Positions 20,225-34,234 of a stretch of DNA of 64,000 nucleotides are shown in pieces. This stretch comes from Alphaproteobacteria bacterium (GTDB lineage Bacteria > Pseudomonadota > Alphaproteobacteria > UBA6615). The stretch covers positions 3,897 through 67,896 of the forward strand of contig JAKUPN010000005.1 of NCBI GenBank assembly GCA_022449545.1, given 5' to 3'. The first letter of the stretch is position 1, and every line of letters starts with the position of its first letter. The notes beneath the pieces were generated by a model, which worked only from the letters and a program-made list of their open reading frames with translations, was not told the DNA's origin and ran no database searches. The position numbers and the translations under genes were made by a program.

Positions 20225-21175
20225 TTAATTCTTCATATCAAGCTGATTTTCCTGACGAGCCATTTTAAGCTTCTTAAAATCTGTATCTGCATGATAACTA
20301 GAACGTGTTAATGGACTAGCTGACACCATCAGAAATCCTTTTCCACGAGCAAGGGAAGCATATGCCTCAAATTCATTTGGAGTAATAAATTTACTAATTG
20401 GTGCATGCTTAGTTGTGGGCTGCAGATACTGACCTATAGTCAAAAAGTCCACATTAGCAGAACGTAAATCATCCATAACCTGTAATATCTCTTCACGTGT
20501 TTCACCAATACCAACCATCAGGCCTGATTTTGTGAAAATATTAGGATCAATTATCTTTATATCACTAAGCAACTTCAAACTAGTAAAATATCGAGCTCCA
20601 GGTCTAATTGTAGGGTAAAGCCTTGGTACAGTTTCTAGGTTATGATTAAAAACATCAGGTGGATCCAATTTAAGAATATTTATAGCGTCTGGTTTATTCT
20701 TAAAATCTGGCGTTAAAATCTCTATTGTCGTATTTGGACATGATGTGCGTATTGCTCTTATTACTTTCGCAAAATGTTGTGCACCACCATCTTCAAGATC
20801 ATCTCGATCAACAGATGTGATTACAACGTGTTGGAGTTCTAAAGACATTACAGAAATTGCTACATTACCTGGCTCATTTATATCAAGTGGCTTTGGAATT
20901 CCAGTTTTCACATTACAAAAAGAACAAGCCCTGGTACAGGTGTCACCCATTATCATGAAAGTAGCATGTTTGTTTTCCCAGCACTCACCTATGTTTGGAC
21001 AAGACGCCTCCTCACAGACAGTTTTAAGATTCAGCTTTTTTATTAAGTTTTTAGTCTCAGTGTATGTTTTACCTATAGGCGCTTTTACCCTAATCCATTC
21101 AGGTTTACGAAGTATTGGGTTACTTGCCTTATTACGTTTTTCGGGGTGCCTTAGGATTGTTCTATCTTCGACCAA
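20225..21175 (-). CDS. lipA: Lipoyl synthase
   Basis: Two Cys clusters are present: [13 protein letters not shown] and the radical-SAM CTRACSFC. Confidence 0.95.
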   Translation of the reverse strand: MVEDRTILRHPEKRNKASNPILRKPEWIRVKAPIGKTYTETKNLIKKLNLKTVCEEASCPNIGECWENKHATFMIMGDTCTRACSFCNVKTGIPKPLDINEPGNVAISVMSLELQHVVITSVDRDDLEDGGAQHFAKVIRAIRTSCPNTTIEILTPDFKNKPDAINILKLDPPDVFNHNLETVPRLYPTIRPGARYFTSLKLLSDIKIIDPNIFTKSGLMVGIGETREEILQVMDDLRSANVDFLTIGQYLQPTTKHAPISKFITPNEFEAYASLARGKGFLMVSASPLTRSSYHADTDFKKLKMARQENQLDMKN

Positions 21176-21187
21176 TTTTTTATCCTA

Positions 21188-22600
21188 CTAAATGTGGATG
21201 CCTCTATTATAGGCATCAAGAACAGATTCATACATTGATTCACTAAGTGTGGGGTGAGGAAACACTGTATGTATTAGTTCTTCTTCTGTTGTTTCCAGTG
21301 CTTTAGCGATACCATAACCTTGTATTAATTCAGTTACTTCATTCCCTATCATATGAGCTCCTAATAATTCACCTGATTTAACATCAAATATAGTCTTCAC
21401 CATTCCCTCGGATTCCCCAAGTGCTAGAGCTTTACCATTTGCTTTAAAAGGAAATCGACCGACCTTAATTTCATACCCTAACTCATTTGCCTTATTTTCT
21501 GTCAAGCCAATAGAAGCAATCTGTGGTATTGAGTATGTACAGCTAGGTATCTGCGTTACATCTAGTGGTAATAAACCATCTATACCTGCAATTTTTTCAA
21601 CGGCTATTACCCCCTCATGCTCCGCCTTGTGTGCGAGCCATGGGGGTCCAACCAGATCTCCAATTGCCCAAATACCTTTTTCTTTCGTCTGACACCATTC
21701 ATCTGTAACAACATGAGACTTTTCTACTTCTACATTGGTTTCTTCTAGTCCTAGGCCTTCTACATTTCCAACAATGCCGATCGCAACAATAGCTCGATCA
21801 AATTTTTGGTTGTTTTTAATTCCATTTATTTCAATCTCTAAATCAACTCTCTTTTTATCTGTATTCAGGCCTTTAATATTGGCATTAGTATGTATCTCTA
21901 TCCCTTGTTTTTCCAACAAACTACGAGCCATTTCGGATATTTCAGAATCTTCCTGAGGCAATATCCGATCTAGGATCTCTACAACAGTAACCTTTGAGCC
22001 CAATGTGCTATAAAATGATGCAAACTCAATCCCGATCGCTCCTGATCCAATGACAAGAAGAGATTTAGGTAAGAGTTTAGGAGTCATTGCTTCTCGATAA
22101 GTCCATATTAAATTCCCATCTGCATGACAATCAGGCAATTGACGAGCTCTTGCCCCCGTTGCCAATATTATATTATTGGATTTCAATAACCTTTGCCCCT
22201 CAGACTTTCCCTCAACTAAAACTCCTATACTACCGTCAGATTCTTTTTCAATTTTTGCCCAACCTTTAATTATTTCTACCTTATTCTTTTTCAGTAAATA
22301 GTTTACACCTTGGTTTAGTTGTTTAGATATTTCACGAGATCTTTCAATGACTCTTTTAATATCAACCTTTACCTCTGAGACAGACAACCCAAATTGATCA
22401 GCGTTTTTTATATTTTTATATATTTCTGCAGTTCTCAGCAGAGCCTTAGTTGGTATACATCCCCAATTAAGACAAACACCCCCAAGCTCATCTGCTTCAA
22501 CTATTACCGTTTTCAAACCCAATTGAGCTGAACGGATAGCAGCAACGTACCCACCAGGACCAGCTCCAACGACCACTATATCAAATTCACTACTTATCAA
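21188..22600 (-). CDS. lpdA: Dihydrolipoyl dehydrogenase (E3)
   Basis: An FAD-binding GxGxxG motif (VVVGAGPGGYVAA) and the redox disulfide GGVCLNWGCIPTK are present. Confidence 0.95.
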   Translation of the reverse strand: MISSEFDIVVVGAGPGGYVAAIRSAQLGLKTVIVEADELGGVCLNWGCIPTKALLRTAEIYKNIKNADQFGLSVSEVKVDIKRVIERSREISKQLNQGVNYLLKKNKVEIIKGWAKIEKESDGSIGVLVEGKSEGQRLLKSNNIILATGARARQLPDCHADGNLIWTYREAMTPKLLPKSLLVIGSGAIGIEFASFYSTLGSKVTVVEILDRILPQEDSEISEMARSLLEKQGIEIHTNANIKGLNTDKKRVDLEIEINGIKNNQKFDRAIVAIGIVGNVEGLGLEETNVEVEKSHVVTDEWCQTKEKGIWAIGDLVGPPWLAHKAEHEGVIAVEKIAGIDGLLPLDVTQIPSCTYSIPQIASIGLTENKANELGYEIKVGRFPFKANGKALALGESEGMVKTIFDVKSGELLGAHMIGNEVTELIQGYGIAKALETTEEELIHTVFPHPTLSESMYESVLDAYNRGIHI

Positions 22601-22627
22601 TTTACTTATCCTCGAGAATTAATTTCT

Positions 22628-23899
22628 TTAAAGTAACATCCCCATTGGGTTCTCAATAAGTGATTTTAGTGTTTCTAAAAACTGTGCTCCAACAGCACCA
22701 TCTATAGCCCTATGATCTAATGACATTGTACAGGTAATTACTGTTGCCACATCTAAAACGTTATTTTTAACTACGGGACGTTTTTCAGCAGCTCCTATTG
22801 CAACAATGCCACCCTGAGGGGGATTTATAACAGCGTTAAATTCCTTTACTCCAAACATACCCAAGTTAGAAATTGTGAAAGAACCCCCGTTATACTCTTC
22901 AGGAGTAAGCTGACCATTTCTTGCTTTATTAATGAGCAACTTGGTTTCTTCAGAAATCATCCGAAGACCTTTTTCATTGGCATCTCTTATAACGGGAGTG
23001 ATTAACCCATTATCCAAGGCAACTGCTATAGAAATATCTACTGTTTTATAGAGTTTAATTCCATCCCCATCCCAGGATACATTAGCGTTGGGAACCTCCA
23101 TTAATGCCACAGCACACGCCTTAATCATCATATCATTAATAGAAATTTTGTACGCCTCATTATTAGAACGAGCATTCAATTGATCTCTGACGGTGATTAA
23201 CTCATCTATCAAGCAGTCTGCCTTCAGATAAAAGTGTGGAACATCCCTTTTGGATTCAGTTAATCTCTTAGCTATAGTTTTCCGCATATTATCTGCAGGA
23301 ACATAATCATAGCTGTCCTCATCTACATTAGACTTAAAAGACAAATTTCTATTAGAAAAAGCTTCAATATCGGATTTAATTATACGTCCATTAGGGCCAG
23401 TCCCTCTAATTAACGACAAGTCTAATGATTGTTTTTCTGCCAGACGACGAGCTAAAGGACTAACAAATACCCTACCTTCATCAACAACAGGTAAGTTTGT
23501 TTCCCCTTCTCCATTAGCTAAATAAGATTCATCCTCAGCTAACCCAGCATTTACGACCTCTTTTGATTTTTCTTCATGTTCAACACCCGTATTCACGTTA
23601 GTAGTTTTCATGGATATCTCTGGTGTTTTAAAGTTTTCAAGTGTTTCCTCGTCTTCGCCTTCCTCTATTATAATCGCAATTGGTGAATTAACTGGAATTT
23701 CGTCACTACCTTCTGGGACTAAAATTTTTCCTAATTTTCCTTCATCGATAGCTTCAATTTCCATTGTTGCTTTGTCTGTTTCGATCTCTGCGATAATGTC
23801 ACCAGGTGACACATTTTCACCTTCTTTTTTTAACCATTTGGCTAAACTACCCTCAGTCATAGTTGGTGACAGTGATGGCATTAAAATAGTTATAGGCAT
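22628..23899 (-). CDS. pdhC: Pyruvate dehydrogenase E2, dihydrolipoamide acetyltransferase
   Basis: It has an N-terminal lipoyl domain ([14 protein letters not shown]), a linker, and a catalytic domain with the DHRAIDGA motif. Confidence 0.9.
   Translation of the reverse strand: MPITILMPSLSPTMTEGSLAKWLKKEGENVSPGDIIAEIETDKATMEIEAIDEGKLGKILVPEGSDEIPVNSPIAIIIEEGEDEETLENFKTPEISMKTTNVNTGVEHEEKSKEVVNAGLAEDESYLANGEGETNLPVVDEGRVFVSPLARRLAEKQSLDLSLIRGTGPNGRIIKSDIEAFSNRNLSFKSNVDEDSYDYVPADNMRKTIAKRLTESKRDVPHFYLKADCLIDELITVRDQLNARSNNEAYKISINDMMIKACAVALMEVPNANVSWDGDGIKLYKTVDISIAVALDNGLITPVIRDANEKGLRMISEETKLLINKARNGQLTPEEYNGGSFTISNLGMFGVKEFNAVINPPQGGIVAIGAAEKRPVVKNNVLDVATVITCTMSLDHRAIDGAVGAQFLETLKSLIENPMGMLL
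23765..23899. repeat. Lipoyl-domain coding repeat (pdhC 5' end), about 70% nucleotide identity to 25170..25304 (pdhB 5' end)
   Basis: The antisense ORFs in the track (23610..23924 and 25087..25341) translate to near-identical peptides, which reveals nucleotide-level similarity. Confidence 0.6.
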
Positions 23900-23924
23900 A
23901 CTCTTATCCTCGAGAACAAATTAA

Positions 23925-25304
23925 CTACCCAATATAAGTAGACTTTTTTACAGCTGAAATTATTTGATTCACCTGTGGAATCGCCAATTTTTCTAAATTG
24001 GCCGCGTATGGCATTGGAACATCAGCTCCATGAACCCTCAATACAGGAGCATCTAACCAGTCAAAGGCTTGGTCCATTACTAAAGCCGAAATTTCTGATC
24101 CAATCCCCGCGTATGGCCAACCTTCTTCTACCGTAACTAGTCGATTAGTTTTCTTTACGGAATTAATAATACAATCCGCATCTAAGGGACGAAGAGTTCT
24201 TAAATCAATAACTTCTGCAGATATACCTTCTTTTTGGAGCTGGCCTGAAGCCTCAAGGCATCGTTCAACCATAATAGAAAATGCGGTTATGGTTACATCA
24301 GTTCCTTCTTTTAAAACTTTTGCCTTCCCAATTGGTACAGTAAAATTATCTGAAACAGGAATATCAAATGACTGCCCATATAAAAGTTCATTTTCAAGAA
24401 AAACAATAGGGTTAGGATCTCTAATAGCTGTCTTTAGCAGACCTTTTGCATCAGCTCCTGAATAAGGAGCCACGACTTTTAAACCAGGACAATGGGAATA
24501 CCAACTGGCAAAGCACTGAGAATGCTGTGCTGCGACCCTAGATGCTGCTCCATTAGGGCCACGAAAAACAATAGGAGTTTTCATTTGCCCTCCAGACATA
24601 TAAAGAGTTTTAGCAGCCGAATTAATTATTTGGTCAATAGCCTGCATAGCAAAATTAAAAGTCATAAATTCGATAATAGGGACCAACCCCTTTAAAGCAG
24701 CTCCAATACCTATCCCAGCAAAACCCTGTTCAGTGATAGGTGTATCAATTACTCGTTGATCCCCAAATTCATCCAGTAACCCCTGACTTACTTTATAGGC
24801 ACCTTGATATTGACCGACCTCTTCACCCATCAAAAAAACAGATTTTTCTCTTCGCATTTCTTCTGCCATTGCATCTCTTAGTGCCTCTCTCACTGTCTGT
24901 TTTTTTGTTTCTTTATCGTTATTATCCTCATTTATTAACGACCTCACTTCCGAAGACTCAGCGATAGTGTTAGGTGCGTTTTCTGTGTTTTGTGATGTAT
25001 CCGCTTGAATTTGCTCTTTAAGTATAGAGCTCGATAACAACTCTGCGTCATCAAGATTTTCTCCTTCTTCGAGAATAACCGCTAACATGGTATTAACTTT
25101 GACACTCTCTGTTCCAGCAGAAACTAATATTTTCCCGATTATTCCCTTATCAGTTGATTCTATTTCCATAGTTGCCTTATCAGTTTCTATCTCTGCAAGG
25201 ACTTCTCCCGGCTCTACATCATCTCCTTCAGATTTAAACCACTTAACAAGATTACCTTCAGTCATAGTGGGAGAAAGAGTTGGCATTACTACGAATATAC
25301 TCAT
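23925..25304 (-). CDS. pdhB: Pyruvate dehydrogenase E1 beta subunit carrying an N-terminal lipoyl domain
   Basis: An N-terminal lipoyl domain ([14 protein letters not shown]) is followed by a transketolase-like pyrimidine-binding domain. This fusion is typical of alphaproteobacteria. Confidence 0.9.
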   Translation of the reverse strand: MSIFVVMPTLSPTMTEGNLVKWFKSEGDDVEPGEVLAEIETDKATMEIESTDKGIIGKILVSAGTESVKVNTMLAVILEEGENLDDAELLSSSILKEQIQADTSQNTENAPNTIAESSEVRSLINEDNNDKETKKQTVREALRDAMAEEMRREKSVFLMGEEVGQYQGAYKVSQGLLDEFGDQRVIDTPITEQGFAGIGIGAALKGLVPIIEFMTFNFAMQAIDQIINSAAKTLYMSGGQMKTPIVFRGPNGAASRVAAQHSQCFASWYSHCPGLKVVAPYSGADAKGLLKTAIRDPNPIVFLENELLYGQSFDIPVSDNFTVPIGKAKVLKEGTDVTITAFSIMVERCLEASGQLQKEGISAEVIDLRTLRPLDADCIINSVKKTNRLVTVEEGWPYAGIGSEISALVMDQAFDWLDAPVLRVHGADVPMPYAANLEKLAIPQVNQIISAVKKSTYIG

Positions 25305-25352
25305 GAATTTAACCCTTAATTCACTTTTGATCTTTGAATAACACTAAAATAT

Positions 25353-26402
25353 TCATTCAGACAAAACATCGGTATATAGTTCCGAAGGACTAGGCTCTGG
25401 ACTTTCTTGAGCAAAATCAGCTGCTTCATTAATCATTTCACGAATTTCTTTATCATAATCTTTAAGGTTTGACTCTGTGTCATAACCATTCTTAACCAAA
25501 ATTAGTTTAAGACTATCTAATGGATCTTTCTCGGTGCGTATTTTTTGAACCTCTGTTTTAGACCTATAGGCTGCAGGGTCAGACATAGAGTGACCACGAT
25601 ATCTATAAGTTTGCATCTCAAGAATATAAGGCCCTCCTCCTGATCTAACATAATCCAATGCAGTCACAGCAGCATTATTAACAGCACAAACATCCATCCC
25701 ATCTAACTGCTCGCCTGGAATCTCATAGGCTTGACCTCTTTGCCATAATTCTTTTCCTGCTGAAGCTCTTTCTACTGATGTACCCATACCATATCGATTA
25801 TTCTCGATGACATATATAACGGGCAGTTTCCATAAAGCAGCCATATTAAAAGCTTCATAAACTTGTCCTTGGTTCACAGCGCCGTCACCGAAGTAAGTAA
25901 GGCATACACCATTATCTTTCTGATATTTATGGGCAAAAGCTATGCCTGTTCCAAGCGGAACATTAGCGCCAACGATACCATGCCCACCATAAAAGTTTTT
26001 TTCTGCGGAGAACATATGCATGGAACCACCTTTTCCAGCAGAATAGCCACCTGCTCTACCCGTGAGTTCAGCCATAACTCCCCGGGGTTCCATACCACAT
26101 GCCAGCATATGGCCATGATCTCTGTAGGTGGTTATTACAGTGTCTTGCGATTTAAGGGCTGCTTGAATACCTGTCACTACTGCTTCTTGGCCAATATATA
26201 GATGACAAAACCCACCTATCAAACCCAAGCCATACATTTGTCCGGCTTTCTCTTCAAATCGCCGAATTTTGAGCATGTCTTTATAAAATTTTATAAGCTC
26301 ATCCGGACTATGTGTTTTAACAATACTAGACTTTCGTCTCCTAGCTCTAGTGGGACGCTTTGTATTCTTTACGCTTGAACTTTTTGTCGATGACGACATC
26401 AA
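25353..26402 (-). CDS. pdhA: Pyruvate dehydrogenase E1 alpha subunit
   Basis: It carries a TPP-binding region of the heterodimeric E1 alpha family; for example GDGAVNQG lies within that region. It sits upstream of pdhB. Confidence 0.9.
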   Translation of the reverse strand: MMSSSTKSSSVKNTKRPTRARRRKSSIVKTHSPDELIKFYKDMLKIRRFEEKAGQMYGLGLIGGFCHLYIGQEAVVTGIQAALKSQDTVITTYRDHGHMLACGMEPRGVMAELTGRAGGYSAGKGGSMHMFSAEKNFYGGHGIVGANVPLGTGIAFAHKYQKDNGVCLTYFGDGAVNQGQVYEAFNMAALWKLPVIYVIENNRYGMGTSVERASAGKELWQRGQAYEIPGEQLDGMDVCAVNNAAVTALDYVRSGGGPYILEMQTYRYRGHSMSDPAAYRSKTEVQKIRTEKDPLDSLKLILVKNGYDTESNLKDYDKEIREMINEAADFAQESPEPSPSELYTDVLSE

Positions 26403-26636
26403 AGCTCTCCCTTAACAAAAACCACTGATAATGATCAGAAGTAGGGTAACTATGACAAATCAGCAAGCTAAAATTAAGAAAAACCCAATAAAAACTGATA
26501 AATAGAAATAATTAACCTATTCTCGGTTAATCGTATATTTCAACACGAAACATAAGTTCAAAGATACGGTTAAGTTCATAGCGAATATTTCACTACCAAA
26601 TTTTAAATATATCAATAAAAAAAGAATTTCGAGAGA

Positions 26637-26954
26637 TTATTTATCAGAATATAGAATCACAGCATCACTAGAATGGCCATAATTCAACATCGAACGAATC
26701 CTCTCATCAAGCATATCCAGATCCAGATTATCCCTACTCATGAGCGATACTTTCTCCTGCCATAGAGAATAATTATCTTTAGTCTCATCAAGAAATTCCT
26801 GCGCATTTGCTACTTTATATTTAAGTTCTAACAACGCTATTATACCATGATTGCCTTGAAACATATGGTATGAAAAATAGGCAAGAACCAAGGCTCCAAA
26901 AATAGTAATCCACAGATGGTGAGCCCTTGCTCTTATATCATCAAATATTGACAT
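26637..26954 (-). CDS. ftsB: FtsB/DivIC-like septum formation initiator family protein
   Basis: 105 aa with one N-terminal TM helix followed by a coiled-coil-like region. It has the conserved position between eno and pdhA. Confidence 0.55.
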   Translation of the reverse strand: MSIFDDIRARAHHLWITIFGALVLAYFSYHMFQGNHGIIALLELKYKVANAQEFLDETKDNYSLWQEKVSLMSRDNLDLDMLDERIRSMLNYGHSSDAVILYSDK

Positions 26955-27015
26955 AAAGACATGGCATCATAATGCGTTTCGCGTCGTCAAGTATTAAATC
27001 TCAAATAACAAAGAA

Positions 27016-28296
<1,281 letters not shown>

Positions 28297-28318
28297 TCAT
28301 ATTACCCTAATCAAAACT

Positions 28319-29175
28319 TTATTTTTGATTGATATCAATAAGATTTCTTTTTGCTACATCATCAATCTCAATAAGTGTTTCAATAATTCCTGGCAGTTCT
28401 TTCAATCTCACCATATTAGGTCCATCACTGGGAGCCTTATCAGGATCTTCATGTGTCTCGAGAAAAACAGCAGCTACACCCACAGCTACCGCAGCTCTAG
28501 CTAACACTGGGGCAAATTCTCTCTGGCCTCCGCTAGTTCTTCCCTGTCCTCCTGGTTGTTGTACAGAATGAGTAGCGTCGAAAACGATAGGACAATTAGT
28601 TTGATTAGCCATAATAGGAATAGATCTCATATCAGATACGAGAGTATTGTAACCAAAACTCGAACCCCGCTCACACACTAAAATATTTTCATTACCAGAT
28701 TCTGTTGCCTTCGAAACAACATTTACCATATCCCAAGGAGCAAGAAATTGACCTTTTTTTATGTTAAGAACACAACCAGTATTAGCGGCGGCAACAATAA
28801 GGTCTGTTTGTCGACACAAAAAAGCGGGTATTTGTATAACATCAACTATATCAGACAATTCTATGCAGTGGTCAGTTTCATGAACATCAGTCATTACAGG
28901 CAGACCTGTTTTTTCACGGATCTCAGAAAAAATCGGAATGCATTGCTCAATACCAAGTCCTCTAGCCCCGTTTAATGATGTTCTATTCGCTTTATCAAAG
29001 CTACTTTTATATACAATTTCGACACCACATTTTTTACTTATTTCTAATAAGGCAGAACTAGTTTCAAGTGCATGGGATCGGGATTCAACCTGGCACGGAC
29101 CCGCAATTATCTTTAAAGGCAAATCATTACCTAAAACATAATTACCAATTTTTACTCGCTTATGATTAGTCATCA

Positions 29176-29176
<1 letters not shown>
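28319..29176 (-). CDS. kdsA: 3-deoxy-8-phosphooctulonate synthase
   Basis: The LKIIAGPCQVES motif is present, 285 aa. The start shares 1 nt with the pyrG stop (TAATG). Confidence 0.9.
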
Positions 29177-30852
<1,676 letters not shown>

Positions 30853-30918
30853 TCAGTGGAAAATGCATGTAGAGCAGTTTTTATCTCAATAGACAAACCA
30901 TAAAGTGTTGAAAATCTA

Positions 30919-31245
30919 TTATTCACCAGTAGGAACTGTAGGCTTCTCTGACTTAACAGGATTTTGGCTAGTTAAAGGAGGAGTTTGTTCAGTAATAGAT
31001 TTGGAGCTATTCCCACCTCCAGCCAGAATTGCTAAGCCAATACTAGTCAAGAAAAACGTTCCTGCCAAAATTCCTGTTGCCCTAGTTAATAGATTCGCTG
31101 CAGCTCGACCACCGAGCAAACTACCCATACTGCCGCCGCTAGAACCACCCAAACCCCCAAGACCCCCCTCAGACTTTTGCATGAGGACAACCCCGACTAA
31201 CGCCAGTGCAATGAGAAGATGGGCTACTAATATTATTGTTTCCAT
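30919..31245 (-). CDS. secG: Preprotein translocase subunit SecG
   Basis: LLIALALVGVVLMQKSEGGLGG, the characteristic SecG TM1 motif, followed by a Gly-rich region. Confidence 0.85.
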   Translation of the reverse strand: METIILVAHLLIALALVGVVLMQKSEGGLGGLGGSSGGSMGSLLGGRAAANLLTRATGILAGTFFLTSIGLAILAGGGNSSKSITEQTPPLTSQNPVKSEKPTVPTGE

Positions 31246-31349
31246 GTTTTATGTTTTACCGCTCATTAGAGTGATTTCCAAGCTATTAAAACATCATCTC
31301 GTGCTATTTAATGGTTTCTGGCCAGTAATTCTAGTGCCTAAACAAAATC

Positions 31350-32111
31350 TTATTCACTTGCTATATCTATTATTTTACAAAATTCATCTTCAATAAGACT
31401 TGCCCCACCTATCAAGCCTCCATCCACATTGTCTATATTCAGTATAGATAAAGCATTTTTAGCGTTCATCGAGCCTCCGTAAAGAAGCCTTAACCTCGAA
31501 GCTTCAGGCCCAATCTCTTTGATCAGAAAATTACGCAATTGTCCGTGAACTTCAGTAATTTCAGTGAGAGTTGGTGTTTTTCCAGTCCCTATTGCCCATA
31601 CTGGTTCGTAGGCAAATATAGTATTTGAAGACTTTATTTTATCTTTTGCTTCGGGAAGTGATCCATTTATTTGTGACTCCAGAATGTTAAGTGTTTCTCC
31701 ATTTTCTTTTTGAATATCAGTCTCACCAACACAAATAATAGTGATTAATGATTCTTTATGGGCAGCTTTTACTTTCGCGCGAACAACATTATCAGTTTCG
31801 AACAAACCATGACGCCTTTCAGAATGTCCAAGTAATACATAGGAAGCTCCAACATCAACCAACATTTTTGCACTAATTTCTCCTGTAAAAGCGCCCTTTT
31901 CTTCAAAATGGCAATCTTGTGCTCCAATCATAATAGGTGAATTTACAAGTTGCTTTGAAATCATCTGTAGAAGATTAGCGCTCGGACAAATCAATAAGTC
32001 ACACTTGTTGTTTATGATCGATTTTGAATGATTATCAATAGCCTGCACTAGCTGCTCAGCTCTGGCAGCAAGATTATTCATTTTCCAATTTCCAGCAATT
32101 AATCTTCTCAT
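31350..32111 (-). CDS. tpiA: Triosephosphate isomerase. The start is chosen at MRRLIAG; the track ORF extends to 32129.
   Basis: IAGNWKMN and the active-site region AYEPVWAIGTG. Confidence 0.9.
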   Translation of the reverse strand: MRRLIAGNWKMNNLAARAEQLVQAIDNHSKSIINNKCDLLICPSANLLQMISKQLVNSPIMIGAQDCHFEEKGAFTGEISAKMLVDVGASYVLLGHSERRHGLFETDNVVRAKVKAAHKESLITIICVGETDIQKENGETLNILESQINGSLPEAKDKIKSSNTIFAYEPVWAIGTGKTPTLTEITEVHGQLRNFLIKEIGPEASRLRLLYGGSMNAKNALSILNIDNVDGGLIGGASLIEDEFCKIIDIASE

Positions 32112-32347
32112 ATTTTCCATTAGTACCACCAGTTTTTAAAACGAAACTAAAGATTTAACTGTTTATTTCTATAATTTATTAACAAGATCTTTAAGATAAG
32201 AGTTTGTATTACCTAAAATTATAAGCTAGTTGACTGCTTGCCCGCTTCTTTAGGCGGCACTATTATGCGCCAAACAATAATTTATACAATTCTATTAAGC
32301 ATAAAACCTAACATAACTAAAAAAGGCCGATAGAAGGAAAAATTAAA

Positions 32348-34234
32348 ATGCTCGAAGCTCTTCGTCAAATGACTAAAAGCTGGATAATGAAGGTGGTACT
32401 TGGCCTTTTAGCGCTGACATTTGTTGTTTTCTTCGGTGCATCTGATTTTGGCGGTGGTGGACGTCAGGTCAATACGGTAGTTGAGGTCGATGATGTTAAC
32501 TATTCTTTAGATCAAGTTAGTAAAGAATTTAATAAACAAATTCAGTATTTAATGAGAGCAAGCGGAGGACAAATTAATCTTCAGTCACCAATTGCAACAT
32601 CAGTTCTAGAGGAAACCGTTTCAAATATAGTTACACGTTCTCTTTTTGATGCGGCCGCACAAGAATTGGGGGTTTCCGCATCAGATGTTTCTGTTCAAGA
32701 AACCGTGCATAATCTTAAACTATTCCAAAATAAAGACGGCATATTTGATTCAGTTAAGTTCTCTTCTTATCTTCAACAAAGAGGACTCACAGAAGAAGAG
32801 TTTATTTCTGGAGCAAAAGAAGACTTGAAAAGAGCTCAATATCTGGGGACATTACAAGACTCACTAACTATATCAAAACCTATTCTAGAGGCTATATATA
32901 ATCATCGTTATGAAAAAAGAATTGCAGAAATAACTTCAATTGAAGCTAAAGACATAAAAGCAATTCTTAAACCAACTGAAAGTCAACTAAGGACCTTCTA
33001 TAATGAGTTTAAAGACGATTTTCGTTCTCCAGAGTTCAGGAAAGTGAAAATCGCAACACTCACATTAGAAGGCTTGTCAAAAAAATTCTCAGTGAGCGAG
33101 GAAGAAATAAGAGAAAACTATCAAGATCAAATTGATAACTTTAGAATCCAAGAAAAGCGTGAAATTATTCAAAGCATTTTTCTTACTGAGTCTGATGCTA
33201 ACAAAGCAAAATCTTTGATTAGTAATGGGACAACATTTTCTGAGGCTTCGAAACAAATTAATGGATTACCTCCAGTTTCAATTGGCAAAGTTAACAAGGG
33301 AGATATTTCAGAAAAAAAATTGGCAGAAACGTCGTTTTCTTTAGATCTGAACGCGGTCTCTAGTCCGATAGAATCTGCATTAGGTTGGCACCTTGTATCA
33401 GTAAAATCCATAGAACCAGAAAAAACACAAACATTTTCAGAGGTGAGAGAACCGCTTCGTAAACTCATATCAATGATGAAAGCAAGAGATGAAATTTACG
33501 ATCTTCAAAATTTAGTAGAGGATGATCTAGCTGCAGGGTTAAGCATTGAAGAAGTTTCCAAACAAAACGGAATGACCTTAATTGAAATGGAACCCTTCAA
33601 TTCAATGGGGCTTACAAAAGATGATCAACTAATAAAAATAAATCAAACAAGACAAGTAGTTGAAACAGCTTTTGACACTGAAAAAGACGAGATAAGTGGT
33701 ATAAAAGAAATGGCTGATGGAGGGTTTTTCATCATAAAAACTCAATCCATAGTTCCACCAAAGATAGAACCATTTAATATAATTCAACATAAAGTATCCT
33801 ATCGATGGTTAAAAAAAGAAAAACAACGAGGAGCTTTAAAGAAAGCAAAAGAAATATCCGACATTGTAAATAAAGGAAAAACCCTAAAAGAAGTTTCTAT
33901 TAAACAAGGGTTTAAGTATGAAGCAAAAAATGTGATTGATAGAATTGGCTCAAAAACACCAGTTCCCAAGCCCTTCATATCCGCTATTTTTAAAGCAAAT
34001 GTAGGAGAAACTGTATACGTAGAGACCTACGATGGAGCAAAAGTGGGCAAATTAATCCAGATTGAAAAAGCTGGAAAAAACTTGGAAGATATAAAAAAGC
34101 GCGAGGACCTAAATACAGCTTTGTTGGACTCAATGAATAGAGATCTAACCAATCAATTAGCATCCGCATTAAAAAAACGTTACACCATTGATGTTAACCA
34201 TGAATTGATTGAAAATTCACTGATTCCACAATGA
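32348..34234 (+). CDS. ppiD: Periplasmic chaperone / peptidyl-prolyl isomerase, PpiD-like
   Basis: It has an N-terminal signal-anchor (KSWIMKVVLGLLALTFVVFFG), a SurA-N-like region and a parvulin-like segment. It is 628 aa, in the conserved position upstream of trpE. Confidence 0.65.
   Translation: MLEALRQMTKSWIMKVVLGLLALTFVVFFGASDFGGGGRQVNTVVEVDDVNYSLDQVSKEFNKQIQYLMRASGGQINLQSPIATSVLEETVSNIVTRSLFDAAAQELGVSASDVSVQETVHNLKLFQNKDGIFDSVKFSSYLQQRGLTEEEFISGAKEDLKRAQYLGTLQDSLTISKPILEAIYNHRYEKRIAEITSIEAKDIKAILKPTESQLRTFYNEFKDDFRSPEFRKVKIATLTLEGLSKKFSVSEEEIRENYQDQIDNFRIQEKREIIQSIFLTESDANKAKSLISNGTTFSEASKQINGLPPVSIGKVNKGDISEKKLAETSFSLDLNAVSSPIESALGWHLVSVKSIEPEKTQTFSEVREPLRKLISMMKARDEIYDLQNLVEDDLAAGLSIEEVSKQNGMTLIEMEPFNSMGLTKDDQLIKINQTRQVVETAFDTEKDEISGIKEMADGGFFIIKTQSIVPPKIEPFNIIQHKVSYRWLKKEKQRGALKKAKEISDIVNKGKTLKEVSIKQGFKYEAKNVIDRIGSKTPVPKPFISAIFKANVGETVYVETYDGAKVGKLIQIEKAGKNLEDIKKREDLNTALLDSMNRDLTNQLASALKKRYTIDVNHELIENSLIPQ

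Noticed and set aside
23610-23924. Plus-strand ORFs 23610..23924 and 25087..25341 with near-identical translations
   Set aside because: These are not genes. They are the antisense reading of the duplicated lipoyl-domain coding segments of pdhC and pdhB, which I have reported as a repeat instead.
30905-31396. 163-aa plus-strand ORF spanning secG and the tpiA 3' end
   Set aside because: It overlaps the strongly supported secG on the opposite strand. Its Pro-rich translation is an artefact of the Gly-rich SecG region.
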